Source: Candidatus Obscuribacterales bacterium (GTDB lineage: Bacteria; Cyanobacteriota; Vampirovibrionia; Obscuribacterales; Obscuribacteraceae). From it: a stretch of DNA of 64,000 nucleotides. Positions 18,946 through 29,402 of the stretch are shown here, in pieces. Under the pieces are notes generated by a model, which was not told the DNA's origin, did not search any database, and saw only the letters and a program-made list of their open reading frames with translations. The position numbers and the translations under genes were made by a program. Location of the stretch: the NCBI GenBank assembly GCA_965228855.1, contig CBDDIJ010000003.1, positions 1,408,001-1,472,000 on the forward strand, written 5' to 3'. Position 1 is the stretch's first letter. Every line of letters starts with the position of its first letter.

Positions 18946-20814
18946 TTATTTGTAACGGTCTGCCTGGGTGTTATACATCTCAGAGTAAAGACCTCCGGCT
19001 GCCATCAGCTCGTCGTGTGTGCCCTGCTCAACTATTTTTCCTTCGTCCAGGACCATTATCAAGCCTGCTACTTTGACGGTGGAGAATCGGTGGGAGATGA
19101 TCACGGATAAACGGTCTTTTGCTAATCCCTCTAACTGTTCGTAGATTTCAGCCTCGGCAAATGCGTCGAGAGACGCTGTTGGTTCATCCAATATGATCGC
19201 CGGAGCCTCGCGCATGAAGCCCCTTGCGAGCGCAACTTTTTGCCACTCGCCGCCGGAGAGATCAGCGCTGCCTTCGACACCGTACTGTCTGGCAAGGTAG
19301 GTCTCGTATTTTAACGGCAGTTTTTCGACGATGCCATCGGCACCTGCTTGTTTCGCGGCCCATGCAATCTGGGCTGAATCGTGCACTCGCTCAACGTCTC
19401 CGAAACCAATATTCTCCCGAAGAGTCAAATAGTAAGTCAGATAGTCTTGAAAAACCACTGAGAACATCTTTCGTAGACTTTGAAGATCGTACTCTTTTAT
19501 GTTGTGACCATCGACCAGTATCTCTCCTACAGTGGGATCGTACAAACGCACCAGCAGTTTTACCAGCGTTGTTTTGCCCGCGCCATTTTTGCCCACAAGA
19601 GCGACTGATTTGTTAGCAGGAATGAACATGGAAACATCGTTGAGGATTAGCTCCTCTGAACCCGGATATTGAAAGGAAACATTTTTCAGCTCTATTCCGT
19701 GTTCTATCTTCATCGGTGCTTCGAGCGTTCCCCAGCGGGGAGAGCCCGGTCCGGACATACCGGTCAGGGCACCGTCTATGGTGTCCGGTTCGCGGTCCAT
19801 CAGAGTGAAAAATTCCGATAGAAACAGAATGTCTTCGTACATTCGGCCGCTGCCGCTGAATAGCGCAACGAGTTGACCCCGGGCGCTGTCAATGGAACCA
19901 AGGTACAGCATTGCATCGCCTGGTGTGATTGAGGCAAATGCGGCTCTGATAATAACGAATGTCCACAACGAAATTGTCCCGAGGTTACTGAGCGAGCCGA
20001 CGAGGAACTCGATTATCTCTGACTTCTTCTCATGTTCAAGCTCCTCATCAAAGTGTTTTTGTGAAAAGTAGCGATGACGTTCAATCAAATAATCGGATAA
20101 GCCGAACAGTTTGATTTCTTTTGCGCAATCTTTATCTCCCATAATCCAGCCAATGTAATGGCGAAGCCGTGACTCACCCGCCTTATTCGCCCAGGTTTGC
20201 CAGCGTTGGTTTGAGTAGTGTGCGGCCGAGAACATTTGAGGAGCTGTCGTCAGAAGCACCACAACTGGTGCCAGCCAATGCAGAGTCCAGAGCACGGCGA
20301 TGTAACTGAGAAGAGTTATCGATGACTGTCCAAGTGATATAAACATCCAGAGCAGATTCCAGGCGCTCATAGATGATCCGCGCAAAGCTCGCTCCAACTG
20401 ATCCAGGTTTTTAGAGTTCTCGAAAAATGCCAGGTCGAGGTCCGCGCACTTTCGCATAATTCTTGATTGAACATATAGTTCGAACTTGCCTCTTGCCGCG
20501 GTGAAACAGAAGTCTCGAACCCCGCCGATAGCACGCCCTCCGATCCAAACCGCCAACTGCAAAGCCATCAAGGTTGCAAGCCCAACGAACTCCGTGGATC
20601 GGAATAAAACGGTAATTCCAAGAAAACTGCCAGCCGACGCCAGCTTTACCAGCCTGTCGACCATCAGTTTCATGATCCACAATGAAGCGACCGGCTCCAG
20701 GGCACCGATCAGGGATAGCCCGACCACAACCGGCGTTAAATATGGGCTAGCGCGAAAAACCAGCATGAAGCCACGGAGAAGAAGCACGAGCGATTCCATG
20801 GCGTTTTTGCGCAT
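18946..20814 (-). CDS. ABC exporter, fused permease + ATPase
   Basis: N-terminal TMD; Walker A GKNGAGKT, LSGGEWQK, ILDEPT, SHR. Confidence 0.92.
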   Translation of the reverse strand: MRKNAMESLVLLLRGFMLVFRASPYLTPVVVGLSLIGALEPVASLWIMKLMVDRLVKLASAGSFLGITVLFRSTEFVGLATLMALQLAVWIGGRAIGGVRDFCFTAARGKFELYVQSRIMRKCADLDLAFFENSKNLDQLERALRGSSMSAWNLLWMFISLGQSSITLLSYIAVLWTLHWLAPVVVLLTTAPQMFSAAHYSNQRWQTWANKAGESRLRHYIGWIMGDKDCAKEIKLFGLSDYLIERHRYFSQKHFDEELEHEKKSEIIEFLVGSLSNLGTISLWTFVIIRAAFASITPGDAMLYLGSIDSARGQLVALFSGSGRMYEDILFLSEFFTLMDREPDTIDGALTGMSGPGSPRWGTLEAPMKIEHGIELKNVSFQYPGSEELILNDVSMFIPANKSVALVGKNGAGKTTLVKLLVRLYDPTVGEILVDGHNIKEYDLQSLRKMFSVVFQDYLTYYLTLRENIGFGDVERVHDSAQIAWAAKQAGADGIVEKLPLKYETYLARQYGVEGSADLSGGEWQKVALARGFMREAPAIILDEPTASLDAFAEAEIYEQLEGLAKDRLSVIISHRFSTVKVAGLIMVLDEGKIVEQGTHDELMAAGGLYSEMYNTQADRYK

Positions 20815-20961
20815 TCAAAATTCCCTTTCAGCTCTAACTATCAAACCACAATTAGGCAATCGAATGCTTAAATCCGCCGCTCGGAGGAGTTAAACTTGTA
20901 GTTCGGGTTCCGGTTGGAATTCGCGGCTTCGATCATCTAACCCTGCCGTGCGGACTCCAAT

Positions 20962-22566
20962 TTGAAAAATCACACCGGTGAAATGAAGACAGCCAAAGAT
21001 AAACCTGACAGCGACCGACGAGGATACTCTCCTCTCGATGGTTTCAAAACAAGGGCAACGTTAGTCACATGTGCATTTATTTGGCTTGCAACAGCTTTTT
21101 TTAGTTTCGAGGCAACGGCGCAGAACGAATTCAAGAATAGCGACAAAGCCCAACGCAAACAAAAGAAGCTTGAAAAGAAGCGTGAGAAAGGCAAACCAAT
21201 CTCTGATCGCGTTCAGAAGCCACCGAAGAATTCGGCAAAGAAACCCGTGGAAGATGTGGCTACCGTGGAAGCGATGATCGCAAATGGGCAAATTAGACGT
21301 GGCACCAGAATTACTCGAAAGATGATTCGCTTTGAGCCCCGCAGCGCGGAGTGGAACACTTTAATGGCGCGTTTTCTTTTGCATTCCGGCAAAGCAGATT
21401 CGCGCACTGAGTTCGCTCTGAAGGTGGCTCTGCAATCGAAACCCGAGGACAGCTCAATCATTTCGCTCCTTGCAATGTCTAAACTGCTAGAGCAAGATTT
21501 CTCCCTTGCTAAGGACCTCGCGAAAGCTGCGTTGAAAATAGATCCTGGCAACGTAACAGCAAAAACAATCGAGTTGGTCGCTCAGAGTAATATCGATTTC
21601 CCTCCCTCCACGAATCTAGCCGGACCTCTTTTGAAACAGGACGACGATGACGCAGTGGTCGAGCCTGAAACCACAAAGACCAAACCGGTTGCCGCAGTAC
21701 AGCTCTCGAAAACTGTTTCGGAAGTGTCAAAAGACTCTGACAGTTTGATAAAAATTGTGGAAACGGCTGGCACCGCCCATGATGCTTATCTGGTTGCGGC
21801 TGCGCATTTTCGAATGCATATGAATAAGGCGCGACTGCTTCAAGTTCTCAACGCCTGGGTCAAGAACAATCCCAAGGCTGCATACCCGTATTACATGCGG
21901 GGTCTGTTCGAGGAAGAATTTAATCGGCTAGATAAAGCCTCAGAGGATTTTCAGAAGGCACTTCAACTGAATCCTTTATGTGTTCAGGCAATGAACAGAT
22001 ACGCATATGTTTTATTTCGACAAAAAAAATATAAGGAGTCTGTCGAAACCTATGACATGGTCGAACAGTTAAACGGCATGTACCCCGCCAGTTTTGGTCA
22101 TCGTGCGGATGCTTTGCTTGCTCTGAATGATTATGAAAATGCGGCGTTGGATTATGGGCGAGCTGTAAGAGCCTACATCGGAGAGCGAGAAGCTTCCAAA
22201 CAAATCGCTGCGGCCAAGGATATGAGCAAAATGCGCCAGGGAAACGTGAGGCTTCTGTGGGCGCGAAAAGTGGAGACTTTGAACAAAGCGAAAAAGTATC
22301 AGCGTGCGGTCGACGAGGCGCGAGTCTTGCTCATGTTTTCGCCCGGTTACACGAGAGCGATGGATGCTCGTCAAAAGGCGTACCAGGGGCTTGGGCAGTA
22401 TGAACTGGCGCTGAAGGATTTAAACGGAATGATCTCGCTCAGCCCTCGGGTGGCGCCCTGGTACAAAGATCGAATGGAAGTTTTAACTAAACTTGGTCGA
22501 ACAAAGGAAGCCGCAGCCGACAAGAAACGATGGGAAAACGTCTTGCAGAAAGGCGTTCCAGAGTAA
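20962..22566 (+). CDS. TPR protein with N-terminal signal/TM segment
   Basis: Multiple TPRs (YYMRGLF...DFQKALQLNP; AYQGLGQYELALKDL). Start uncertain. Confidence 0.75.
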   Translation: MKNHTGEMKTAKDKPDSDRRGYSPLDGFKTRATLVTCAFIWLATAFFSFEATAQNEFKNSDKAQRKQKKLEKKREKGKPISDRVQKPPKNSAKKPVEDVATVEAMIANGQIRRGTRITRKMIRFEPRSAEWNTLMARFLLHSGKADSRTEFALKVALQSKPEDSSIISLLAMSKLLEQDFSLAKDLAKAALKIDPGNVTAKTIELVAQSNIDFPPSTNLAGPLLKQDDDDAVVEPETTKTKPVAAVQLSKTVSEVSKDSDSLIKIVETAGTAHDAYLVAAAHFRMHMNKARLLQVLNAWVKNNPKAAYPYYMRGLFEEEFNRLDKASEDFQKALQLNPLCVQAMNRYAYVLFRQKKYKESVETYDMVEQLNGMYPASFGHRADALLALNDYENAALDYGRAVRAYIGEREASKQIAAAKDMSKMRQGNVRLLWARKVETLNKAKKYQRAVDEARVLLMFSPGYTRAMDARQKAYQGLGQYELALKDLNGMISLSPRVAPWYKDRMEVLTKLGRTKEAAADKKRWENVLQKGVPE

Positions 22567-22678
22567 GTCCTTTTACGAAAATTGTTTTCTAAAAGATTAG
22601 ATCTGAAATATTTCCCATGGAAACTAAGGTCAGAAGCAATAAACTAGCGTTTTGACTACTTACGACTGGTAAGCATCT

Positions 22679-24196
22679 ATGCGAATTTGCCTTATCTCAA
22701 GAGAGTTTCCGCCGGATACTGGCTGGGGTGGAATTGGTACTTTCGTACACGATTTGGCTCTGGGTCTTAAGGAAATCGGGCAGGACGTCGAGGTCATTGC
22801 GCTCTCCAAGGACGGGCAGGACTCGGTTATCGACTACAAGGGCGTTCCCATTCACCGTGTCGCTGTCGATGATTCTCTCGATCAGTACCAGATGTTACTG
22901 TCTGTCATGCCGTACAGTCACAGCCTGCTCAAAGCTCTCTGGTCGCTGCACAACAAATTCTTGGAACTCCACGCCAGAAAAAAATTCGACGTCGTAGAGG
23001 TTCCGGAGATGTTCGGCGAGGGCGTGTTTCTCGCATTGTCGAAACAGTGCCCGCTTGTGGTCAGACTTTATACGCCGCACTTCAAGTTTATAGACGATAA
23101 GTTGCATCTGATCGACGACGCTTTCGATCATCAATTCCTTGGATTGATTGAGAAACTGACCTTGCTGACTGCCGATGTCGTCACCAGTCCCAGTTCAGAC
23201 CTCGGTGATTATGTTAGTCAGTCCGTGGGCTTCAAAGACGACGAGATGGTCGTAATCAGAGGACTCATCGATACGAATCGATTCTGTCCTGAAGGACCGA
23301 AGGCTCTCACCGATGACTCACACCTGAAGGTTATCTTCGTCGGGCGTCTGGAGGAGCGAAAGGGCGTCTATCAGTTGATTAAGGCGATACCGGAAGTCGT
23401 TAAGAAGTGCCCGAATGTTCGCTTCTACATGATTGGAAACGATACGAAAACCGCTCACGGAAGCAAATCGGTTCTAGCTGAATTGCAGAAGGAACTCGAG
23501 AAAAACGGGTGCGCAAAGTATGTCGTCTTCACTGGTCCAGTGCCGCACGCTTCGATGCCGGAATATTTCAGATCCTCAGATATCTTCGTACTGCCTTCTC
23601 TCTACGACAACGCGCCTCTCACCTGCCTGGAAGCAATCTCATCAGGCACTGCTTTGATTGGCACCTCTGCTGGTGGCATGAAAGAGTATGTGGTTAACGG
23701 CGAAAGCGGAACCATCGTAGCTCCCGCCGATGTGCCCGCTCTTGCGAACGCACTGATTGACTTGCTTTTGAACGAATCTAAGAGAAAATCTTACGGCGTC
23801 GAGGCGAGGAAGCGGGCTCTTGAATTGTACGACCGAAAAATCACTGCTGGAAAATCTGTCGAGCTGTATCAGTTTGCAAAAGCGAATTTTGACTTCAAGC
23901 GCCAGTTTGCTCTATATCGCAAAAACAGCGAAGACCTGCTTCCACGCTCGGAAGATTTGCTTCGAGCGTTCGATAAGATGATCTATGATCTGATGTACAA
24001 ACGCTCTTTGAGTTTCCGTCTGAGCTACTGGTTCCACATGCTCAAAGATCGTCCAAAACTTTTCACTGCAAACATTGCGCTTAAAGCAGGCACGGCAATT
24101 TCAGACTTGCTTGGTCGAGATGCTCTTCCTGAGCGCTTAGAGAAGCTGAAAAAGTTGATAGACGATCAGAGCTCACGCGAAACTGTCCGCAAATAG
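22679..24196 (+). CDS. Glycosyltransferase family 4 (GT-B)
   Basis: MRICLISREFPP..GGIGT, FVGRLEERKG, FVLPSLYDNAPLTCLEA. C-terminal extension of about 100 aa. Confidence 0.92.
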   Translation: MRICLISREFPPDTGWGGIGTFVHDLALGLKEIGQDVEVIALSKDGQDSVIDYKGVPIHRVAVDDSLDQYQMLLSVMPYSHSLLKALWSLHNKFLELHARKKFDVVEVPEMFGEGVFLALSKQCPLVVRLYTPHFKFIDDKLHLIDDAFDHQFLGLIEKLTLLTADVVTSPSSDLGDYVSQSVGFKDDEMVVIRGLIDTNRFCPEGPKALTDDSHLKVIFVGRLEERKGVYQLIKAIPEVVKKCPNVRFYMIGNDTKTAHGSKSVLAELQKELEKNGCAKYVVFTGPVPHASMPEYFRSSDIFVLPSLYDNAPLTCLEAISSGTALIGTSAGGMKEYVVNGESGTIVAPADVPALANALIDLLLNESKRKSYGVEARKRALELYDRKITAGKSVELYQFAKANFDFKRQFALYRKNSEDLLPRSEDLLRAFDKMIYDLMYKRSLSFRLSYWFHMLKDRPKLFTANIALKAGTAISDLLGRDALPERLEKLKKLIDDQSSRETVRK

Positions 24197-24246
24197 AATT
24201 GCACTTGCGAAATCGTTCGCCAGTATAGATAAACTCGAAGCCGTTA

Positions 24247-25458
24247 CTAGCGAACCGAGGCTTTGCCGCCGTTGAACACGGTGTAGTCGAACGTGAATAC
24301 GATATCGACTTTGTCCGGGGCTCCCTTAGGCAAGTTTCCGAATGGTCCGGCGTTCTTAATCGCATCAGTCGCCGCCGTGTCAGCAATCATCAGACCGGAT
24401 GACGTTTTGAGTCGCACAGAAGAGACTTTGCCCTGACTGTTGAGTTTGAACGCCACGATGATTTTCGCGTTCTCGTTGCCGCGAGGCGGGAACCAGCTCT
24501 TTCTGATCTTCTTCTCCATGTCCGCCAGATAAGCGCCGAAGTCAGCTTCGTCACCGTCACCGCCGCCGCCATCAGACGGTTCACCTGCGGTAGAAGCACT
24601 GGGATCGCCTTTTCCTGAACCCGTAGCCGTATCGGCTTGAGGCTGGGCTACCGCGACGGGGTTGTCCGTTTTCGTTAGCGGCGTGTCGAGCGGCACCACC
24701 GGTAGTGGTGTTACGACTGGTTTCGGAGTGGGCTTAGCCGCGACCTTCTCGACCGGTTTAGGCTCTACAACAGGCTTCGGTTCTACCTTCGGCTGTGCCT
24801 TTGGTTTAGGCGGCTCAGGGATGGGTTTGAGTTCTTCTTTTGGTGGCTCAGGCGGTGGCGCCAATTCCATGTCAATTACTATTTTTTGCTCGTCCGGCGC
24901 TTTACTGGCTACGAAGAACGCCGAGGCGAGAACTGCCAGGAGAACAGCGCAGTGGAGAAGATAAGATCCACCGAAGACCGGAGCGAATCGAATATCCTTG
25001 CTTGGTGGATAGAGCGGATTGTTCGCGCGCGACGCGTACAGATAAGCATCCTGACCAACGTAGAGGACATATCCGAGGTAGAGAACGATGAACGTCAGTA
25101 CCGCGGGATGAATAAGGCTGACCGAATGCAGTTGATATGCGAATGCCGTGTTAAACGGTAGGTGCATGCTGGCTGCGAGCTGTTCGCACGCGGAAACTAC
25201 CAGGCTGCCGCAGCAAGCCGACGCCACGACGCCCCAGCTCATGAGGGTCGCGGTCAAGAAAACAAGTCCCGACCAGATTTGACCGATGTAGAGGTGACCT
25301 AGACCCGGCACCAGCGAGAGCATAAATGCTCGCTTCGGATCCTTACCCAGGGGTTTAAACTCGTGCGCCGCTTGGAAGACCTCTTCGTCTTGAAGGAGCC
25401 CATCTTGCGCAGCCTTTGGGTCTGCGGAATCCGGTCGAGGTTTGTCTAAAATTTTCAT
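24247..25458 (-). CDS. TonB/TolA C-terminal domain protein with multi-TM N-terminus
   Basis: Pro-rich linker (PPPEPPKE, PKPVVEPKP). C-terminus YLADMEKKIRKSWFPP...SSG...DTAATDAIKNAGPFGNLP...FTF. Confidence 0.8.
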   Translation of the reverse strand: MKILDKPRPDSADPKAAQDGLLQDEEVFQAAHEFKPLGKDPKRAFMLSLVPGLGHLYIGQIWSGLVFLTATLMSWGVVASACCGSLVVSACEQLAASMHLPFNTAFAYQLHSVSLIHPAVLTFIVLYLGYVLYVGQDAYLYASRANNPLYPPSKDIRFAPVFGGSYLLHCAVLLAVLASAFFVASKAPDEQKIVIDMELAPPPEPPKEELKPIPEPPKPKAQPKVEPKPVVEPKPVEKVAAKPTPKPVVTPLPVVPLDTPLTKTDNPVAVAQPQADTATGSGKGDPSASTAGEPSDGGGGDGDEADFGAYLADMEKKIRKSWFPPRGNENAKIIVAFKLNSQGKVSSVRLKTSSGLMIADTAATDAIKNAGPFGNLPKGAPDKVDIVFTFDYTVFNGGKASVR

Positions 25459-25775
25459 CGAGTAGGAGCGCCGCGAATTAGTTTCCTGAATCGTTCACAC
25501 TTGAGCCAGTAATTTTCGCATATTCCGGAACTCCGATTGTTATGAGTCCCGGTTCGATAAAAGTTACTAGGGCTATCGTAGCAAAGAGTTTAGCATTGAA
25601 TGCTGATCAATATCTTGGCGTGCTTGGCAACTGTTGCCAACCACTAACTTTGGAATGCCAGGAGGGTTGTGGGAAAGCAGCACATATAAAAGATCGATCA
25701 CCTGTCGTTACGAGGCGCAATGCCGGAAAAGTCACACAATTTCGCAGAGGAATCTTTCCCGGATAGACCGTTGGC

Positions 25776-27287
25776 TCAGGATTCTGTTTCTTGTTTATCC
25801 GACAACATTAGAACCAGGTAAGCAAGACCGGATACTCCAAGCCCGACGAACCAGGCGTACTCGTACAGCGTGCCGAGAAAAGGCACTGTTTTACTTGCAG
25901 CAGGCAAAGCGCCGATCCAGGCGACTATGCAACCAAGGACAGTGGCAAGAATTGCCCGATAGTTCCAGCCGTTGGAATATTGGTAAGCGCCGTCTTCCAG
26001 GTATAAATCCGGCAACTCAAGCTGTTTCTTCCGAATGATCCAGTAATCGACAATCAGCACACCCGCGATTGAACCCAGACCTCCGGAATAGCCCTGCAGC
26101 CAGAGAAAGATGTAGGCGGATGCATCAGAAAGCAGCCTCCAGGGCTGCATCATAATTCCGACAATGCCGGTGATAAGGGCTCCTCGGCTAAAAGAAATAT
26201 ATTTCGGGAAGGCGTTGGCGAAATCGTTGGCGGGTGAAACGACGTTGGCCGCGGCATTGACGCACAAACAGGCAAGGACGATCGTGAACATCGCGACCGC
26301 GACTACCAGCTTGTTTTCGAACTGTCCAACCAGTTTCACCGGGTCCCAGAGAATTTCAGGCGAGACTTTTGGATAGATAATCAGCGCGGCTGAAGTGATT
26401 AAGACGCCCATGCCTGAATAGATTGTCATTGCCGTCGGGAGAGCCACCACTTGCCCGACAGTCTGCTCCTGCTGGCTATGTCCGAAGCGGGTGAAGTCTG
26501 GCATATTGAGCGAAAGAGTAGCCCAGTAGCCGATCATGGCCGTCAGAGAAGGAATGAACAAGGGCATGAAGGAGCTGAAGTCTCTCAACTCTGCCGGTCG
26601 CGACAGAATCTGTCCCAGACCGTCCGCCTCGTTGACCGCCCAGTAGGCGAGTGCACCGGTCATGATAAAAACAAATGGCGCGGCCAGGCTTGCCAGTTTT
26701 TTCATCAAGTCCATCCCGCGAAATACAACGGCGATGTTCAATGTCCAGAAAATTGCGAAGGAAAACCAGGCAGCGAGGGTATGCCCTTCGACCTCACCCG
26801 TAAGGCTGCTCCAGCCGGGAATCAAAACGCCGAAGAGAATATTGAGCGCTTGTCCGCCGATCCAGGCTTGAATTCCAAACCATCCGCAAGCCACCAGAGC
26901 GCGCATCAACGCCGGAAGGTTAGAGCCGTATGTTCCGTAAGCGGCTCTTGCGAATACAGGAAAAGGGATACCGTATTTGGTGCCGGGGTGCGAATTCAAT
27001 AATATGGGAATGAGAACTATGACGTTGCCGAGGAAGATAGTGAGAAGCGCTTGCCACCAGCTCATGTGTTTTGCAATAAGACCTGACGCGAGCATATAGG
27101 TGGTGATGCAGGCGGACATGCTCATCCACAGCGCGGCGAAGTTGTAGGAATTCCAACTGCGAGCGGCGATTGGAACAGGAGCCAGATCGTGGTTATAAAG
27201 GGGACTCTTGGTGATCGACTGCGGATTTATTAGTTCGACCCGCCCATCGGGGCTTTCCTTGACTTGATCGGTCATTTGTTTAGTCAT
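25776..27287 (-). CDS. NCS1 nucleobase:cation symporter (uracil/allantoin/hydantoin type)
   Basis: LYNHDLAP, GTKYGIPFPVFARAAYG, ACGWFGIQAWIGG, WATLSLNMPDFTRF, AANVVSPANDF. Start approximate. Confidence 0.92.
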   Translation of the reverse strand: MTKQMTDQVKESPDGRVELINPQSITKSPLYNHDLAPVPIAARSWNSYNFAALWMSMSACITTYMLASGLIAKHMSWWQALLTIFLGNVIVLIPILLNSHPGTKYGIPFPVFARAAYGTYGSNLPALMRALVACGWFGIQAWIGGQALNILFGVLIPGWSSLTGEVEGHTLAAWFSFAIFWTLNIAVVFRGMDLMKKLASLAAPFVFIMTGALAYWAVNEADGLGQILSRPAELRDFSSFMPLFIPSLTAMIGYWATLSLNMPDFTRFGHSQQEQTVGQVVALPTAMTIYSGMGVLITSAALIIYPKVSPEILWDPVKLVGQFENKLVVAVAMFTIVLACLCVNAAANVVSPANDFANAFPKYISFSRGALITGIVGIMMQPWRLLSDASAYIFLWLQGYSGGLGSIAGVLIVDYWIIRKKQLELPDLYLEDGAYQYSNGWNYRAILATVLGCIVAWIGALPAASKTVPFLGTLYEYAWFVGLGVSGLAYLVLMLSDKQETES

Positions 27288-27480
27288 GTGAACCTTGAGA
27301 GATATTACGTAAACATCGCCACCCACGGACTCGTACAGGATACATGCTCTGAAGCCGCATGGGGTGCCTTTTGATGAATAAATCCGGAGGACCGCTCACA
27401 AAAAGGTTCGTTATATGATGTTTTGACCTCTGCCGGATATCCGTAAAGCTAATCGAGACCGGCGGTCAAACGGAGCAAAC

Positions 27481-28641
27481 ATGAACGTAGTTTTTCTTTC
27501 GCCACATTTCCCTCCGAATTTCCGCCACTTCGTGCGTCACCTGCGAGCATTGGGCGCTAATGTTTTGGGACTTGCCGATGTCTCTTACGACTCAATCGAT
27601 CACGAAGTGCGAAGTAATTTGACCGAATATTTCAACGTAGTCGACATGCACAACTACGATAACGTCCTTCGCGGTTGTGGCTACTTTACTTACCACTACG
27701 GCAAGATCGATCGCGTCGATTCGCACAACGAATATTGGCTTGAAACAGAGGCGCGCTTGCGCACCGATTTCAATGTTTATGGTGTGAAAACCGATCAGAT
27801 CGGCCGAATCAAGCGTAAGTCGGAGATGAAAGCGGTTTTTCGCAAGATTGGTTTGAAACCTGCTCGTGGCAGAATCTGTACCGATGAAAAATCACTGCGC
27901 CAGTTTATCGAAGAAGTTGGTTTTCCCGTTGTTGCAAAACCTGATATCGGTGTTGGTGCCTCGGCAACCTATCGTATCTCCGACGAGAAGTCGATCAAGC
28001 ATTATCTTGAAGATAAACCTAAACACGTAGAATACATAATTGAAGAATTTATGGAAGGTCAGATTGTGACTTTCGATGGATTGGTAGATCGCGATGGCGA
28101 GCTGGTTTTCTGCACTTCCCATAGATACAGCGGCGGAATAATGGATGTCGTAAATGACGATGCCCATGTGTATTACTGGAACGAACGCGTGATTGCACCA
28201 GCCGTCAGGGAAGTCGGATTGAGAATTTTGAAGGCCTTCGACGTTCGTGAACGCTTCTTCCATTTTGAGTTTTTCGACAAAGATGGCGTAATCACTCCGC
28301 TTGAAATAAACATGAGACCGCCCGGTGGGCTCACTCTCGATATGTTTAACTTCGCTTATGATTTCGATTGCTACAAGCTATGGGCGGAGTTGTTGGTCAA
28401 TGGTGATTGTGAACGATTCAAAGAACAGCCTTACTTCATAATGTACGCGTCTCGAAAAGATCACATTCCATATCTGCACTCTCACGAACATATACTGCAT
28501 GAACTGAAGGACTTGATTGTTCATCATGAGCGCATGAGCGATGTCTTTGCGCGGGCAATAGGAAACCACGGCTATATTTTGAAACACGAGAAAATTGAGC
28601 CGATTATGGAAGCGACCGCTAAAATTCATGCTCTCCGTTAG
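27481..28641 (+). CDS. ATP-grasp domain protein (carboxylate-amine ligase-like)
   Basis: SHNEYWLETEARLR, VAKPDIGVGA, EEFMEG, FFHFEFF, LEINMRPPGG. Confidence 0.85.
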   Translation: MNVVFLSPHFPPNFRHFVRHLRALGANVLGLADVSYDSIDHEVRSNLTEYFNVVDMHNYDNVLRGCGYFTYHYGKIDRVDSHNEYWLETEARLRTDFNVYGVKTDQIGRIKRKSEMKAVFRKIGLKPARGRICTDEKSLRQFIEEVGFPVVAKPDIGVGASATYRISDEKSIKHYLEDKPKHVEYIIEEFMEGQIVTFDGLVDRDGELVFCTSHRYSGGIMDVVNDDAHVYYWNERVIAPAVREVGLRILKAFDVRERFFHFEFFDKDGVITPLEINMRPPGGLTLDMFNFAYDFDCYKLWAELLVNGDCERFKEQPYFIMYASRKDHIPYLHSHEHILHELKDLIVHHERMSDVFARAIGNHGYILKHEKIEPIMEATAKIHALR

Positions 28642-28659
28642 GGAAACAACGCTTAAAGA

Positions 28660-28692
28660 AACAACGCCGTCGATGGCGACGACGGCGCTGCT
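28660..28692 (-). terminator. Intrinsic terminator between convergent genes
   Basis: CGCCGTCG-N7-CGACGGCG (28665-28687), followed on the minus strand by TTGTTTCTTT. Confidence 0.6.
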
Positions 28693-28739
28693 CCTGAATC
28701 GAAGTGAAAAGTAGGCGGGTTAAAACTTTTGTCGATCGG

Positions 28740-29402
28740 TCAATTTTTGCGTTGGTTTGCTTCTATCGTCAGCTTTTCTTCGGCTGACTCCAGTGAAATT
28801 TTTCCGCGGCGCACCAGCGATTGAAGTTTCAATGCGCGGATAACGGTTAATGGGTCGACCTTATGTTGTATCACCAGCACGCGGCCCAATGGCATGTCGT
28901 GTTCAGCTGCGGCTGCCAGCGCTTCTTCCAGCGAGTCGCTTGTAAGAACCATAGCCCCGACCAGCAGATCGCCGAGGCGCGCACTGGTACCTGCTTGATG
29001 AACGAAGCCTTCATCTTTGAGCTGACTCTCAAACAGAAGTCCTTCGAGTGTAGCTTCAGCTCTGTCTCTTACATAAGGATTTTGATCTTCGCAGAGTTTC
29101 TGAAGAATGTACGGCGGCAGTTCAAACTCTTCTGCCAGCGCGAGGCGCACATTTACGTCTTCGTCGCCAGCCAGAGCCTCCAATATTTCAAGCGGGACCA
29201 CTTTATTGTATGCCAGACTGGCCCTCACTTCCGGGTCGCTGTCTTTGCTCAGTCTGAACAGCAGTTCCTCTGGACTGGAAGGATTCTCGGCAAGACGTCT
29301 GCGAACATCCGAAGGCGCATTTTGATAGACGTCGCGTAAAACTTCCGGTGACTGCGCAGGATCACCGGCTGTAAGGAAATGATCGGAAAGGTACATTGCC
29401 AT
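28740..29402 (-). CDS. LRV/HEAT-like repeats fused to an MshEN-like (T2SSE_N) domain
   Basis: VRRRLAENPSSP..L..LSKD and VRASLAYN repeats; C-terminal RLGDLLV...LEEAL...PLGRVLV...ALKLQ. Confidence 0.7.
   Translation of the reverse strand: MAMYLSDHFLTAGDPAQSPEVLRDVYQNAPSDVRRRLAENPSSPEELLFRLSKDSDPEVRASLAYNKVVPLEILEALAGDEDVNVRLALAEEFELPPYILQKLCEDQNPYVRDRAEATLEGLLFESQLKDEGFVHQAGTSARLGDLLVGAMVLTSDSLEEALAAAAEHDMPLGRVLVIQHKVDPLTVIRALKLQSLVRRGKISLESAEEKLTIEANQRKN

Noticed and set aside
25459..25775. Possible cobalamin riboswitch or sigma54 promoter ahead of the TonB-like gene
   Set aside because: No B12-box/GGGAA...GCCACTG pattern, and the GG-to-GC spacing in TGGCAACTGTTGC is 8 rather than the required 10.
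27330..27480. Possible purine riboswitch ahead of the NCS1 transporter
   Set aside because: The conserved core (TATAA...GATATGG...TTTCTACC...CCGTAAA) could not be found in order on the minus strand.
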